A stretch of DNA of 63,098 nt, the filler included, from Octopus bimaculoides (taxonomy: Eukaryota), in the NCBI RefSeq assembly GCF_001194135.2. It is 7 parts of 5 records of this genome, joined end to end, with 100 filler letters (N's around TTAATTAATTAA, not from the genome) between each part and the next. Parts side by side here need not be neighbours in the genome. Positions count along the whole stretch, not along the records: positions 24,199 to 31,670 come from NC_068981.1; positions 31,771 to 37,900 come from NC_068983.1; positions 38,001 to 59,391 come from NC_068993.1; 4 more parts are not named here. One strand, written 5' to 3'. The translations under genes were made by a program, and so were the position numbers. This document shows positions 25,405 through 39,287 of this stretch, piece by piece (within the stretch, counting starts at the first letter, position 1; every line of letters begins with the position of its first letter). Below the pieces are notes generated by a model. That model made no database searches and was not told the origin of the DNA. It worked only from the letters and a program-made list of their open reading frames with translations.

Positions 25405-27094
25405 TGTGTGTGTGTTTACAGACTTGTTAAATGTTACTTTGGTAATTGTTTTCCCCAAAATGGCTAAAATCAAGTAGTCATATTATTGTCTCACTTATCC
25501 AATTAGATATGAAAAAGTATAAATTATGTTGTGAATATGTCCTGAAGTTTCAAACTAAAGGAGGAGTTGTTGGATAATGTAGTGTGATATGAATTGTGTC
25601 TCAAAAGACAGGATGGCCATGGCTAGAATATCACTGATCATAGGACTGCTTGATCAGAAATGACTAGGGGCTAAACAGCAACACCATGACTCTTCCACTC
25701 TGGTTAGCTAGGACTGATCTTATTCATTTTCTCTTGTTATTTGCTAGGATCTATATGAACATAATCTTTTATTGGTTATTTGCTACTTCAAACTAATAGC
25801 CTTCAATAACAAATTCTCTACATTTATTCTGCAACCTCTTCCTCACAACCCAATAATCACTCAATGTCCAAAAATGCCTAGTAGCATTTCTTTAAGAAAC
25901 AGTAGTTAATAGAAAGCAAATACCCAACCAGAAATGTCCGTCTGTCTCCCTTTCATGTCTGCTTTACCACTTCCAATGTCTTTAGGCCTTACCAAGATCA
26001 ATGAGATACTTGAATTTTTACACAGTATGTATAAATATGTAACCAATATAAATAAAGTTTATTCAAAAGCTAAGTGATATCAACAATATGAATTCAAAAA
26101 AGCTTGTTAATGTTTAAGATCAAAAAGGCAGTGTTTTATTTGTTCCCTGGCAATACACAGATAGTCTACTTATTGTCTTTCCCTCTACTTATCAGCTATA
26201 TAATTTTTGCAGGATACCAGCTACAATATTTATGCTATTCATCATATCCCAATGTAAGCTAGTGGTACAAGAATGCATTTTAACAAAATGGAAAACAAGA
26301 AAAGCTTTAGAACACTGTATTGTTTGACTTTCTTTATTAACTTATTGAATGTAACAAAACAACAATGTGTTTGAACTCTTCACTACAGTTATGGCTCGTT
26401 AATCGAAATTGACAATAAGCTGTCATTAAAATATCCATTTGGTTAACTAGTTTATTATATCTATCTTTAGGAAAATGCTTTCTACCTGCAAAAGAGTTAA
26501 AACATTCAAAGGAATGAGAGAGGGGGGGTGCACGTGCACCCACCTACACATCTTCACAGGAGAAACATTTAAATATGGTAATTTGATGATGGAGTAGTGA
26601 AATGTTAGCTTTAAATCCTGTCTGCAGTTCTGTCTTATTAGTAATTACACACAAAGATTTCTTATCAAGAGGTTATTGTCATTGTAGTAATTCCTCTGTG
26701 TGCCAGCACATGTAAGAACAACCTCACTCACTTCATTCTGTAGTGATAGATGATAACCTTCCCAACATACAGATAATAATATAAAAAGAGATCCCCAACA
26801 TAGAGTAGATAGCATCTCATAGATTATTAGATGCTATCTGCTGCACTACAAAGTCAGACATACAAATAATAATAATAACAATCTTTTTAAAGTTGGCACA
26901 AGACCTTGTATATTGGTGGAAGACATAGTTAAAATGGCTCTTGCTCTGTCTATGACTAGTAATATTATCAACCCTAGAAGGATGTAATGCTCAGTCATTA
27001 TGATGAGATATAAATACAATGTGTAACAAAAGTGAACTAAATATATGACAACATTTTGTTTGATGTTCTATTGATTTTACCATAAACTATCCTT

Positions 27095-27141
<47 letters not shown>

Positions 27142-27363
27142 CAAGAANNNNNNNNNNNNNNNNNNNNNNNNNNNNNNNNNNNNNNNNNNNNNNNNNNNNN
27201 NNNNNNNNNNNNNNNNNNNNNNNNNNNNNNNNNNNNNNNNNNNNNNNNNNNNNNNNNNNNNNNNNNNNNNNNNNNNNNNNNNNNNNNNNNNNNNNNNNNN
27301 NNNNNNNNNNNNNNNNNNNNNNNNNNNNNNNNNNNNNNNNNNNNNNNNNNNNNNACTATCCTT

Positions 27364-27439
<76 letters not shown>

Positions 27440-27440
<1 letters not shown>

Positions 27441-27735
27441 CAAGAAAGAATTTGGAGAATGTGAACAGTAAAGGTTGTCCCTATAATAATTGGTGCGCTG
27501 GGAACAATAAGCCAAGATATAGACAAATGGCTGAAGGAGATTGAAACAGAATGCCCCGTAGAACTCTTACAGAATGTCAGTCTCTTAGAGATAGCAAAGA
27601 TTATCAGGAGGGTTCTAAGCACTTGAAAGATTGCTGAAAACTTGTGGATACGTCAGGTTACAGGTAGTAACTCGCTATTCACATAATTCCTACCAGGAAT
27701 AAGACCGAACCTGAGCCAAACCAAAACAATAATGG
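27440..27735 (+). mobile_element. 3' end of an RLE-type (R4/Dong-like) LINE
   Basis: Reads IWRM*TVKVVPIIIGALGTISQDIDKWLKEIETECPVELLQNVSLLEIAKIIRRVLST*. It starts right after (TAA)n. Confidence 0.8.
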
Positions 27736-28337
27736 TATACAGATGGTAGGGTATAGTCAATTAGACAGATTCCAATACCTGATTGATGCTTATTATATCA
27801 ACTTCAGATGGAAGGACTGCAAACTCAATTTCAGTAGAATTTGGACTGAAATGTAAAACCATGTAACTACATAACACAAAGCATTAAATCCATCATTTTG
27901 CCATTTCAAATATTCACTGCCTTTCTTAGTAGCGTAAACATATATATGTCTCATAGGAAACTGCAATTTAGAAGTAAAATTTCTTCCTCTAAACAGTTTT
28001 TCTATAGATATTATAGAAGACTGACTTGGATTTTCTTTAGTAGCACATTTTAAATTCTTTATTAATTAAGGTCAACAAACACCATAAAATTTAATATGAA
28101 ATAACATTCTAATGATCCATTTACCAAATTCCACTCAGTTGACAAATCAAACTGAGACTACAGTAGAAGCCAAGGGACTGCACAACAGGACTGAACCTGG
28201 ATCTGCGTGGTCACAAACTGATCTTCCTAAACCTCAGAACTATGCCTATGCTCCTCTGTGTGTTTGTGTGTATACATATGCATTTGAATGTATGTACACA
28301 TATAGATGAATACATGCATGTACATATATAGATATAC

Positions 28338-28398
<61 letters not shown>

Positions 28399-28417
28399 NN
28401 NNNNNNNNNNNNNNNNN

Positions 28418-28456
<39 letters not shown>

Positions 28457-29267
28457 ACAATTCATTTGAAAATCCTCCAGTAAAGCTAACTATTACTACA
28501 CTCCTATAGAAAGATTTTTCTCTGGAAGTCAATTATCCCTTGCAAGAGAAATTTGAATGATTATATTGGAGCATGGCAATTGAATGCATAAGGTGCTAAT
28601 CTATTCAATAAAAGGTGAATTTTTCAAATCTGGCTTCAGGCATTATATTACATCTCTATTCAAAGTACCCTAATGCAAGTGTTTTACTTTATATGGAAAA
28701 TAGACATTACTTTTACTCCACACTTTAAAATGGCATTCAGTGGTAAAATTCAGATCTAGTGGTTGTTGTTGCTGTTTTATTGTTACTGCTGTTATTTAAC
28801 CCTGTGTTATCCCTGATTGAACAGGTTTATGACCAGAGATGTTCATGCAGTAACCATCTCATCACTCTTGTATAACAGCAACTACATTGTCCAAATGTAT
28901 TTTTCATATTTGAGAATGAGTAATTGTAGAGATAAGTCGAGCAACAACGTAGGGGTTCAGTAAATGTCATGATTTTCACAAGCACTGAACCCTCTCATTC
29001 AGTGGTTCCCAGAGGGATAAATACCAGGCCCTTACCAACAATATTTCAGGAAAATGTCTGACCTCCTTCCCTCTATTTAATGAGAAGACAATAAGGGTTT
29101 ACAACCAAATAATTATTTTTTCCTCACCATGAGGTTGTCTCATTTAAAAAGTTTAATTTATTAAACATGGCTTTTCAATCCTCACAGCCCCATCTCCTAT
29201 GAGAAACACTACCCTCGTTAGCTTGCATTAAAATAATGTTATTTAATCAAATTCATCAATCAGTTTA

Positions 29268-29318
<51 letters not shown>

Positions 29319-30666
29319 CGCGCGCAATGATAAGTTAAATAATATATATCTTGTTTGGTATTGTACTAAATTTCATAGGTTAACTTCATTTTTCTGATTA
29401 TAAAGCCTTCAAATACATATAAAATATACTTCAACTGATTAACTTTATTGAATGTAGANNNNNNNNNNGTAGACTTTGATATAAATATTTTTCTAAGATT
29501 TAACAAAAAATGCATAAATTTTCAGAAACTTCTAGCATAATTAATACAAAGGAAATGGTTTTCTATAAGTTTTTTTTTTACCTTCTCTTTTCTTTCTATC
29601 CCTTCTTCTTTTTTTTTTTTTTCTTTTTTTTTTTTTACTAGAAAACAACTTTATAGGTCTCTCCCAAGATTGAAGGCAGAAAAGTTTTTTTAATTTTTTT
29701 ATTTAAATTATCATTAATTTAACACAACGTCTTTTTTTTAGGAATTAACATATAGTTAACAGTTTAAGAGCAGAAATATTAGGCAAAGATGCAATATAGT
29801 CTGATGAAACATTTCCAAAATTTTAGAAAAAAAATATGGCATTAACATTAACAGAAAGTTATGTAGTTTAAGCTTCTAATGTAACCTTTACCCAACTTAA
29901 CTTGATGAATTAGTTTTAAGTATATCAATTATACTTAATCCAAATTAACATGTAAACTTGCTTACATGTTTAATTTGGATCAAGCAAAATTGTTGACAAT
30001 TATATGCTAAGAAATATCTTAATGGAGACTATAGCTTCCTTAAATTATTTCTGATCATAGAATATGAGGAAATAATAACACATTTTCAAATAAAATATTT
30101 TCCATTAAATTAAAAGGTAAAAAGAAATAAAACTTTCAAAAGCTATATATGCAATACTTCCTAAAACAACTTTGTCACAGAAAGAATCCATTTAGTTTGA
30201 TTTTATCTGATTTAACTTTTAATTCTTCTCTAAAGATGATATAGCTACAGATTTATTATAATACAATTCTGCAAAACATTTTGCTTTTTTTTTTTTTTTT
30301 ACAAAATGAATGAAATTAGTAGTAAAAGTTGTTGATCAGTAAACTCTACTTTTATACCATGCTATATCAATATAAAATATTGTATATTCCTGGAGTTCTC
30401 AAACATGATACCTTTGATATTGAGTTTTCAGAAATAAAAACATACAACATTTATAAAAACCAATAAAGTTTTGAAATTTTGAGATTTCTTTGAATTGCAA
30501 TCTCTGCTCTTCCCACTACCCAATGTTTTATATACTTTAATAATTTGCCTGCAAACTTAGAACAGACAGGAGAATCAAGATCGATCCCAGCAGTTGCTAA
30601 CAATTTAATCCATTATAGAAACATTAGAGTAATTGGAAAAGAATGCCTTGCACTATTTGTTTCATA

Positions 30667-31070
30667 GGCACATATGTGGCTGTGTAGTAAGAAGTTTGCT
30701 TCCCATCCATATGGTTTGGGATTCTTCAGTCCCACTACGTGACACCTTGAGCAAGTGTTTTCTACTATAGCTTTGGGCCGACCAAAACCTTAAGAGTGGA
30801 TTTTAGATGAAAACGGAAAGAAAACTGTGTGTGTGTGTGTATATACACATATATATTATATATATATACACACATTTATGTGTGTATGTTTCTGTGTCTG
30901 TGCCCCGCCCCCACCCACTGCTTGTGTGTTTACATCCCTGTAACTTAGCAGTTCGGCAAAAGGGACTGATAGAAAAAGTACCAGACTTTATAACTTTACA
31001 TTCAACTAAAGATTCTTCAAAGTGGTGTTCCAACATGGCCACAGTCTAACGACTAAGACAAGTAAAAGAT
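30667..31070 (+). mobile_element. SINE family A, older full-length copy
   Basis: Head, core, central microsatellite and tail are all recognisable. Confidence 0.8.
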
Positions 31071-31606
31071 AAACAATAAAAAGTAACGCAGCCTGTCGGC
31101 TGATGAACCATGTCTCACATGGCCTGTTTCTCAAAAAAGGTTGCTCATGCCTGGCATAATCTCTTATCAGGTTTTACACTATCTAGCTCTTCAGTACCTT
31201 TAACAGAGTCTATCAGTACATGTGTACTTGAGTCAGCATTCACTGAAGATAAGTTGAGCCAGCTCTAGCCAAAAAAATCTCTATCATTGCAAAAAGAAAC
31301 CGACCATCTCAGGGATCACAGACACCTGACACAGAGATCATCAGATCATCACCCAGTCACAGTTTTAATGGTGGCCCCATTTCCAGTTTGAGAATAACTC
31401 AATAACTCGATGAGCTGCTTTCTACTTTAACAATACATGAGTCGTCTTTTTTTTCACCCTCACCTCACCCACCAGTCTCAAAAGCTCTTCAAAGGTCATG
31501 GATGCTTTCCTTCCTCTTCAAACAAACATTTCTTTTTTAAAAATAACATTTAAGATTTTATGAATACATTCTCCCACTCTCTCTTTTTCTCTCGCCTGCG
31601 CACACA

Positions 31607-31670
<64 letters not shown>

Positions 31671-32358
31671 NNNNNNNNNNNNNNNNNNNNNNNNNNNNNN
31701 NNNNNNNNNNNNNNTTAATTAATTAANNNNNNNNNNNNNNNNNNNNNNNNNNNNNNNNNNNNNNNNNNNNTATATATATATATATATATACATACTTGGA
31801 AAAGGATGCGTGGCGTTCGATCATATAATAATAATAGAAATAATATATAAATATATGCATATATACTTACATATATGTACCTACCTACATATATACGTAT
31901 ATATACATGCATACATACAGGACATCACAAAACATAGACACAATGAGAAAACGAAGACATAAAAATAAAAACATAGAAAACGAACCTTATTTCAAACAAC
32001 GAAAAAAAAACAGACAGAGAAACGAGGCATGCAACATAAAGAACATTCCCCTTCATCAGTTGTCGCCTGGTCGAGTATACATGGTTTTTGCCAGCATTTT
32101 CAAATTTGTAATCTAGAATATCATACTGATGACGGAAATGATTTTCTTTTTGTTTACTATTCTGATCCAGAAACACATCTATGATTGAATAAGACTGGTT
32201 AGTTTCGTTATTTTTTCTTCTTGTTTTGCCTCTTTGAGTTACAAGTATTTTTATATGTTGGAGACTTATTTTAGTAGTAGAATTAGCACTTTAACTGCTA
32301 TTTCTAAATTTCGCTATGTGGTGAAGCAACTGTTGCTGATCCCTTAATTATGTTTATG

Positions 32359-32396
<38 letters not shown>

Positions 32397-32459
32397 CATA
32401 GATAGATAGATACATAGATACATAGATACACAGATAGATAGTGTACTATTCCGTGATAG

Positions 32460-32750
32460 TAAGATGATAATGCAACCGATAAAAAGAGCTATATGGGAAG
32501 GCGAATTTAAAAACCGTTATGCTAATCACATATCTTCCTTCCAACACAGAGATAAAAGTAAAGCTACTAAGTTGCCTAGCTGCGTATGAGTTTTTAAATC
32601 GAACGCCACACCACTTACGATGAAGTGGAAAATAGTCGAAAAATCCACACCATATGTTAACGGAACAAAATAATGTAAGCTTTGCGTAGATGAAAGAACT
32701 CAGATTCTTTTCAGATCTAAGATCTCTCACATACAGCTGAATTCAATTGT
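32460..32750 (+). mobile_element. Penelope-like element GIY-YIG endonuclease remnant
   Basis: KKSYMG(frameshift)GEFKNRYANHISSFQHRDKSKATKLPSCV*VFKS..MKWKIVEKSTPY..CKLCVDERTQI matches the 'YIG..FK.R+.NH..SF..T.LS..W.LK..W.I+..Y..C.LC..EK' pattern of PLE endonucleases. Confidence 0.75.
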
Positions 32751-33206
32751 AAATCCAAAACTTTGAGCAGTTGTAAGCATATGGTTGAGTTCCTGTCGAA
32801 GAATTAGAAAGTGCCAGCCTCTCCGAATTGAAAATCTGTACCACAGACAATCTTTTCAGTCATATCTTTTCTCTCTTTTCAGCCTTATTTTATGGTTTAA
32901 GGAGAAATAACTTTTATTAACCGCTTTCGCTTTTTCTGTTTTCTTCTTCGTTTACCGGCTTTTCAAACTTCTACCTTTCATATCTACTTCTTTCTCGCCT
33001 TTTCTCACTTTTTCTGTCATCCCATCGTCACATTTTAGTTCGTTATGCAATATGAGCAGTGCCTGATGATTGTGTTACGAGAACAGACGTGTTAACAATT
33101 ACTGCCTGGCATGCTCTCAGCTAATAGGAGTACATAGCATGTAGTGTGTGTGTCAAATTATATATATATATATATGTGATATTTTTTTATTGCCTACAAG
33201 GGGCCA

Positions 33207-33283
<77 letters not shown>

Positions 33284-34685
33284 TGTGTGTGTGTGCCAAA
33301 TTATATATACATACATACACCTTCATTAACTCATGCATTCACACAAAGTTTATTTTTGCAGCTTATTCAAATGTAACTCCCGTTACTGTAACATGGGGAA
33401 AGCTCATATAAATTTATGTTCTTTTTATAATTTCAAATTCACTTACATGGAAATATTTTTGCTAAAGTAGTCACATGTCGTAACTTCCGCTCCCTTATCT
33501 TTTAATTTCATTCATCTATAATTCATCTTGATATAATGACTATATTTTGTCTCTATGATTTATCATTTTCTACCCTATGAATCCATCAAGATCAAATTTA
33601 TGCCAAAAATAATTAGGCCGTCTATTCATCCCTCTCCCTTTCCCCAAGTATCATGATTATAATTTTCTTTGATAGAAAAACAAATCTTCACAAAAAGTTA
33701 TAAGCATTCAATTAATTTTCTTTCCAGAAAATATGATTTAAAATCTAATCACAATAATTTATCAGAGATGTTGGCAAATGATCATACTTAATGGATTCAA
33801 AGGTGGTGAGACACAAATCAACACATTGCCTTCAATTATTGAGTCTCCTATTTTCTAATGTGCTTAATTAACAAACTACTAACCGATGTAGTATTCATTA
33901 TCTTCAGAATAATCTCGATCGCCATTTTGGCAGATTTATTAAGATGTCGGATAATAGGCTTGCAACAATTAATGTCGATCCATTAAAACCTGAATTCCAA
34001 TTACGCTAGTGTTTGCTATGAGTCTCATTTTCCGTCTTCGAGAAAATCATATATAGTACCCATAATCTGAGTGTTACGTTTATATCGTATGCCACACCAC
34101 TAAATTACTAGTTAAGCATCAATTTTGGAAATCATTAATATTAGGCCATGCCACGTGTACTAGTGTCACTGAATATGACTGATTGACAACATCATCTGTA
34201 ATGGTTCTCAGATCAAATCGTACTGAACTTGTTAAATCTATAGGCATATACTGCGGTTGAATCAGTATGTAACAATTAATATTTCTTCCAATAAGAGGAA
34301 TCAATATATATTCTTACGAACAGTATTGAAAACATGAACGGTTTTGCTTCAGACACTAGTACTGATGTATAGGAATCTCAAAATTCAATCAACATATATT
34401 CTTTGTTCCATTTTCCTATTGTTTGTTGTTTACTACAGCTGTCATGATAGATGATAGGAAATTGCTATTAAATATTCTACCAAATTATTTAGCACTTATT
34501 CATCAATCAAATCAACACTGAATATTGGCATCTTCATCTTTAATTTAATATTTCTGGAGAATAAATTACACACAGCAATTTATTGTTATTACAATTATTA
34601 GATTTGTAATTTCCCTTCAAAAACGTTACTTTTGTATATATGTCACAATATAAGAAATATAAGACACACTCACCCACACACACAC

Positions 34686-34723
<38 letters not shown>

Positions 34724-36031
34724 NNNNNNNNNNNNNNNNNNNNNNNNNNNNNNNNNNNNNNNNNNNNNNNNNNNNNNNNNNNNNNNNNNNNNNNNNNNNN
34801 NNNNNNNNNNNNNNNNNNNNNNNNNNNNNNNNNNNNNNNNNNNNNNNNNNNNNNNNNNNNNNNNNNNNNNNNNNNNNNNNNNNNNNNNNNNNNNNNNNNN
34901 NNNNNNNNNNNNNNNNNNNNNNNNNNNNNNNNNNNNNNNNNNNNNNNNNNNNNNNNNNNNNNNNNNNNNNNNNNNNNNNNNNNNNNNNNNNNNNNNNNNN
35001 NNNNNNNNNNNNNNNNNNNNNNNNNNNNNNNNNNNNNNNNNNNNNNNNNNNATATATCATGTGTCTGTATTTGCGTGCATATATACATGCTAGAAGGAGA
35101 GAGCAAGGCAGAATATTTCGTCTCCAATAAGATGAATTCCGTTATTTATTCTATTTCTATACGTTCGGTGCTCAATTCTTGACAAAGTCACCTTCACCTA
35201 TCATCTTCACAAAGTCAATAAACAAACTAGTATTGCGGTATTCAAATGGTTCTCAATTCTCTATTTCTCAGCGACAGAAAAATGAATTCGGATATGTGAG
35301 CATATATGTGTGAATGTGTGAATGTGTGCGTGTGTATTTACGTGTCTCTGCGTGAGTGTTTAGTTACACAAGCGTGCGTCCATGTAACATTGCATATATA
35401 TATGTTGAACCGTTATTCCCTACACATTGTTTTCTCTCTCCGTTATTTCCCCTCCAAATTCTTTCTGTAGAAAAGCATAGGGTCACACTTTCAAAGAATT
35501 TTCCAATCTTACAGTGCATTAAACACCTGCTTGTTGTTCTTTAAACTATCTTCCTCTTGTGTTTTCTGTAAATTTAAACTATATATATATATATATATAT
35601 AGGTCATTTGATTCTAGATGGCAGACACACCCAGTTCTTTAGAGATGAAATCCCCCATACATATTATACCTCACTTGTAAATTGTAAAACATAACTATCA
35701 CCATTACTGCATGAACTTGAATATTGCATACTTTAATGCATCCTAGTTCAAACAGAACGGACATTTAATATTCTATCATTTCATTATATTATATTATATT
35801 ATGTTATTTTAATATTGTAAATAAAACGGAATGTATAACATACGATGGTTATGAGACTCACTTTATCTTACACTGTCCACCTTTGGTTATATGTACTAGG
35901 TGTGTACGTACTTGAAGCTAACTTCATATACCAGGATCTTTCGGATCGTACTATCCAATAACCACACAGATACACACACATGCATAAATACACGCACATA
36001 CACACACACACAAGAACACATACACACACAA

Positions 36032-36073
<42 letters not shown>

Positions 36074-37589
36074 TCTCATATATAGCGAGAGGGAGATGCT
36101 TTTCGTAAGCGCTCTCTACTTCTCTGAGCCATATATCTATGTACCATCTCTGCAATTTCATGCAATTACCATATGTATTTCCATCGCCTATGCTGCACTT
36201 CACTCCAGAAACAGTATAATTAAAGACTAACCAAAGCTGTTTCTCTCATAATCTTACTATAGACATATTTTTATTGGCAACATTAAATGAAAGTTCATGA
36301 TCGATGCTACGTGTATCGGTAGTACATCTTTATTAATCGCCACTGTGGATATCTCTCTAATCGAATTATTTTTTAGATTATCTTGTAAAGAGTAATGAAT
36401 TTTAAAGTAAACATTCTCTATTTCCAGTGAGCTTTGTCACTGAATTAAATCTAACCGTCAGTAAATTATGTCTTTAAAATGAAATTGATGTCTCACTTGA
36501 ATATATTATTATCACAATAGATTTTTGCTTTAAAAATTATTTTGTCCAAAATAATGACTAATGTACTACAGGCACTAGAGTGTCTACCATAACTTAAGCG
36601 CATTAACTTATTTGTTTTCTTTTTATAGCAAATTACCTATATTATTGCATGACATTTCCTAGCCCATAATTAGCTGATTTAATGATAAAAGTACGAGAGT
36701 CATGATTAAGTGATTTGTCAAACTGCAATTTAAAGGAAGTCATCGGTCAGTGGTACTGATAATTGAATCATCTAAAAAACAAAAAAACAAAAAACAAGAA
36801 AGAAAAGAAAGCAGAGTATCACTGTTTTAACGATAGGAATATTTTCTTTCTGGCAGTCAGAATCCCTTGCTCGAATATTAATTAGCTTTCCTAAAATGTT
36901 TAGTGACTCATAGGAATCAGAATAAGAGTGTAGCTTAGTGCTAGTTTGGTTAGTACAATTGTGTCCTGATTGTGTTATCTTTTATATCTTTTAATTGAAT
37001 ATATTAAGAAAATAATTAACAATAAATAGAATGTTATCACACCGATTTAATCCACTTAAACAGAAAGAGAAAGTAATTACATGTCTTTTTTTTTTTCTGT
37101 GATTCTAGTATTTTTCATCACAAGATATCAAGATCAATTAAGTTGTTTTAATTATCAAATCTATAATCCGCTGTACTTGGTTATTTTCTCACAGCGAAGC
37201 TATAATACGCTCTTAATACATTTCATAAAAGAGTTTTAGTGCAAAGTCAAGTCTTCATTTCTTTATAGAAATTAAGGGCTCGAAGGAAAATTTGATTGTA
37301 ATTCGTAAGTGATTTTCAAGAATCATCATTAACAAAAGATATCGCCCTAAAGCAAACCATTTAATTTTTTCAAAAGGCTAAAGTTAGTACTGCAAATTCT
37401 ATTCAGTAAATAATTGGTACTTATAATGATTAAATGCAGCCAAGATTCTTACAGTTGTTTTGGCCTTAACACGCACACAGGCATACACACACACGTTCCT
37501 GTATACAGGATACAGACAGTATTTGAGGACACGTATTTTTAGTCATCATTTTATTTGGCTAACTTTTATTGAACTTCTATTTCAGAAAA

Positions 37590-37770
37590 TAACAATGACA
37601 GGCCCTATGTTTACTAATGAAGTGAAAAGGCACGTTGTGATTGTGGCTTTGAAGGCTAAGCATAGTGATATAGTAATTTCTCGTTTGCTGAAAGTTGCAA
37701 GATCTTCTGTCCACAAGTTTCGGTGTGAGTTAGAGAAAGAAAATGGAAGTTTAGAAAAGCATTGAAGACC
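37590..37770 (+). mobile_element. N-terminal (HTH) fragment of a Tc1/mariner-superfamily transposase
   Basis: EVKRHVVIVALKAKHSDIVISRLLKVARSSVHKFRCELEKENG resembles a transposase paired/HTH N-terminus; it is truncated. Confidence 0.55.
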
Positions 37771-37900
37771 GACCATTCAGGAAAACCAATGAATACAATT
37801 GCAAATAAAGCTCGCCACCTTTAGATTTCTGCCTGTGCTATTAGGTTCTACACGTACTTTCAGACTCTGTATAGTGTCAATTATATATATATATATATAT

Positions 37901-38000
37901 NNNNNNNNNNNNNNNNNNNNNNNNNNNNNNNNNNNNNNNNNNNNTTAATTAATTAANNNNNNNNNNNNNNNNNNNNNNNNNNNNNNNNNNNNNNNNNNNN
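37901..38000. other. Synthetic 100-bp assembly spacer: 44 N, TTAATTAATTAA, 44 N (the 12-mer also occurs at 6850, 24143, 31715, 59436 and 61687)
   Basis: The identical 12-mer, with stops in all six frames, is centred in N runs six times. Confidence 0.95.
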
Positions 38001-38520
38001 CGGCGTTGTTGTTTCTCCCGTAGACGGCGTTGTTGTTTCTCCTGTAGACGGCGTTGTTGTCTCTCCTGTAGACGGCGTTGTTGTTTCTCCTGTAGACGGC
38101 GTTGTTGTCTCTTCTGTAGACGGCGTTGTTGTTTCTCCTGTAGACGGCGTTGTTGTCTCTCCTGTAGACGGCGTTGTCGACTCTTCTATCGGCGTTGTTG
38201 TTGTTTCTCCTGTAGACGGCGTTGTTGTCGACTCTTCTATCGGCGTTGTTGTTGTTTCTCCAGTAGACGGCGTTGTTGACTCTTCTGTCGGCGTTGTTGT
38301 TTCTCCCGTAGACGGCGTTGTTGTTTCTCCAGTAGACGGCGTTGTTGTTTCTCCAGTAGACGGCGTTGTTGTTTCTCCCGTAGACGGCGTTGTTGTCTTT
38401 CCTGTAGACGGCGTCGTTGTCTCTTGTGTCGACGGTGTTGTCGACTCTGGTGTCGACGGTGTTGTTGACCCTGTTGCAGACGGCGTTGTCGACTCAGGTG
38501 TTGATGGCATTGTTGACTCA
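38001..38520 (-). repeat. Coding minisatellite, 24-bp unit (GACGGCGTTGTTGTTTCTCCTGTA on plus) with 27-bp variants
   Basis: Seen directly; all unit lengths are multiples of 3. Confidence 0.95.
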
Positions 38521-38764
38521 GGTATCGATGGTGCTGGAGACTCTGATGTTGGCGGTGCTGTTGACTCTTCTGTAGAGAGTGTTGTTGTTTGGCCTGTTGC
38601 CTCCGTTACTGGCGTTGTTGTTTGCTCTGTAGAAGTTGTCGCTGTTTGCGTTGAAGCTGATGTTGTTGGCGTTTGTGGAGAGGACGTTGTGGAATGTGAA
38701 ACGAGCGGTGTTGTCCATTCAATAAAGCGTGTAGTTGTAGTAGTTGTTGTAGGTTTAATCTTCT
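38001..38764 (-). CDS. PAN-PAN-mucin gene, exon 5: Thr/Ser/Pro/Glu-rich mucin tract; 3' end lost in the gap
   Basis: Acceptor ttttgtctttttcttctttag|AG at 38764 (phase 1). Open frame KIKPTTTTTTTRFIEWTTP... then many 24-bp TPSTGETT units until the Ns at 38000. Confidence 0.88.
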
Positions 38765-39235
38765 CTAAAGAAGAAAAAGACAAAATATATAATGTAGGTA
38801 TTATTTGAAGGCTGTTATTTTCATAACTTAAGACAATATTGACATAAAAGCGATGAACGGAATTTAAGCAAGAACTGGTTTGACGAGTCTGAGATATGAT
38901 ATCCGTTCCCAATGGAAAACGATTTCGCCTCACATTACACTAAGAGCAATATTCACTCATTAAAGGGGAAAATATCATGAATGTCCATTTGTTCAAGGTC
39001 TATTCGTGTGAAAATTAAAATAATCTAGGAGAAAATTAAATAATGGATATTTAATTGAAACATGGTAAATGTGTTCGTTTTGAATTGTTTGAACTTTGGT
39101 TGATTTGCTTTAAATTTGAATTTATTTCCTGATCTGAGTGAGTTCTACAATTGTGTGTTTCGTTATGGAAGTCAAAAACTCAGTTTCCAAGCATCGTTTG
39201 TTTATTTCGAATAACAAGTGTTATTATTTCCCAGG

Positions 39236-39287
<52 letters not shown>

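Noticed and set aside
27085-27445. Duplicated ACTATCCTTG(TAA)nATAACAAGAA
   Set aside because: The copies flank an N gap; likely an assembly artefact at a microsatellite.
32123-32140. CTGATGA-CG-GAAA as a hammerhead
   Set aside because: There is no stem II or stem I pairing.
34119-34304. ORF ..YMPIDLTSSVRFDLRTITDDVVNQSYSVTLVHVAW.. as a downstream PAN-gene exon
   Set aside because: Weak acceptor and no recognisable domain.
36075-36230. Minus-strand frame VKCSIGDG..LAIYE with a GTGAGT donor (possible ZP-N start)
   Set aside because: The donor is generated by the (GA)/(GT) microsatellite junction, the acceptor is poor, and there is no ZP Cys pattern.
38001-38520. Regular 24-bp repeats as a CRISPR array
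   Set aside because: There are no unique spacers, the context is eukaryotic, and they form an in-frame coding minisatellite.
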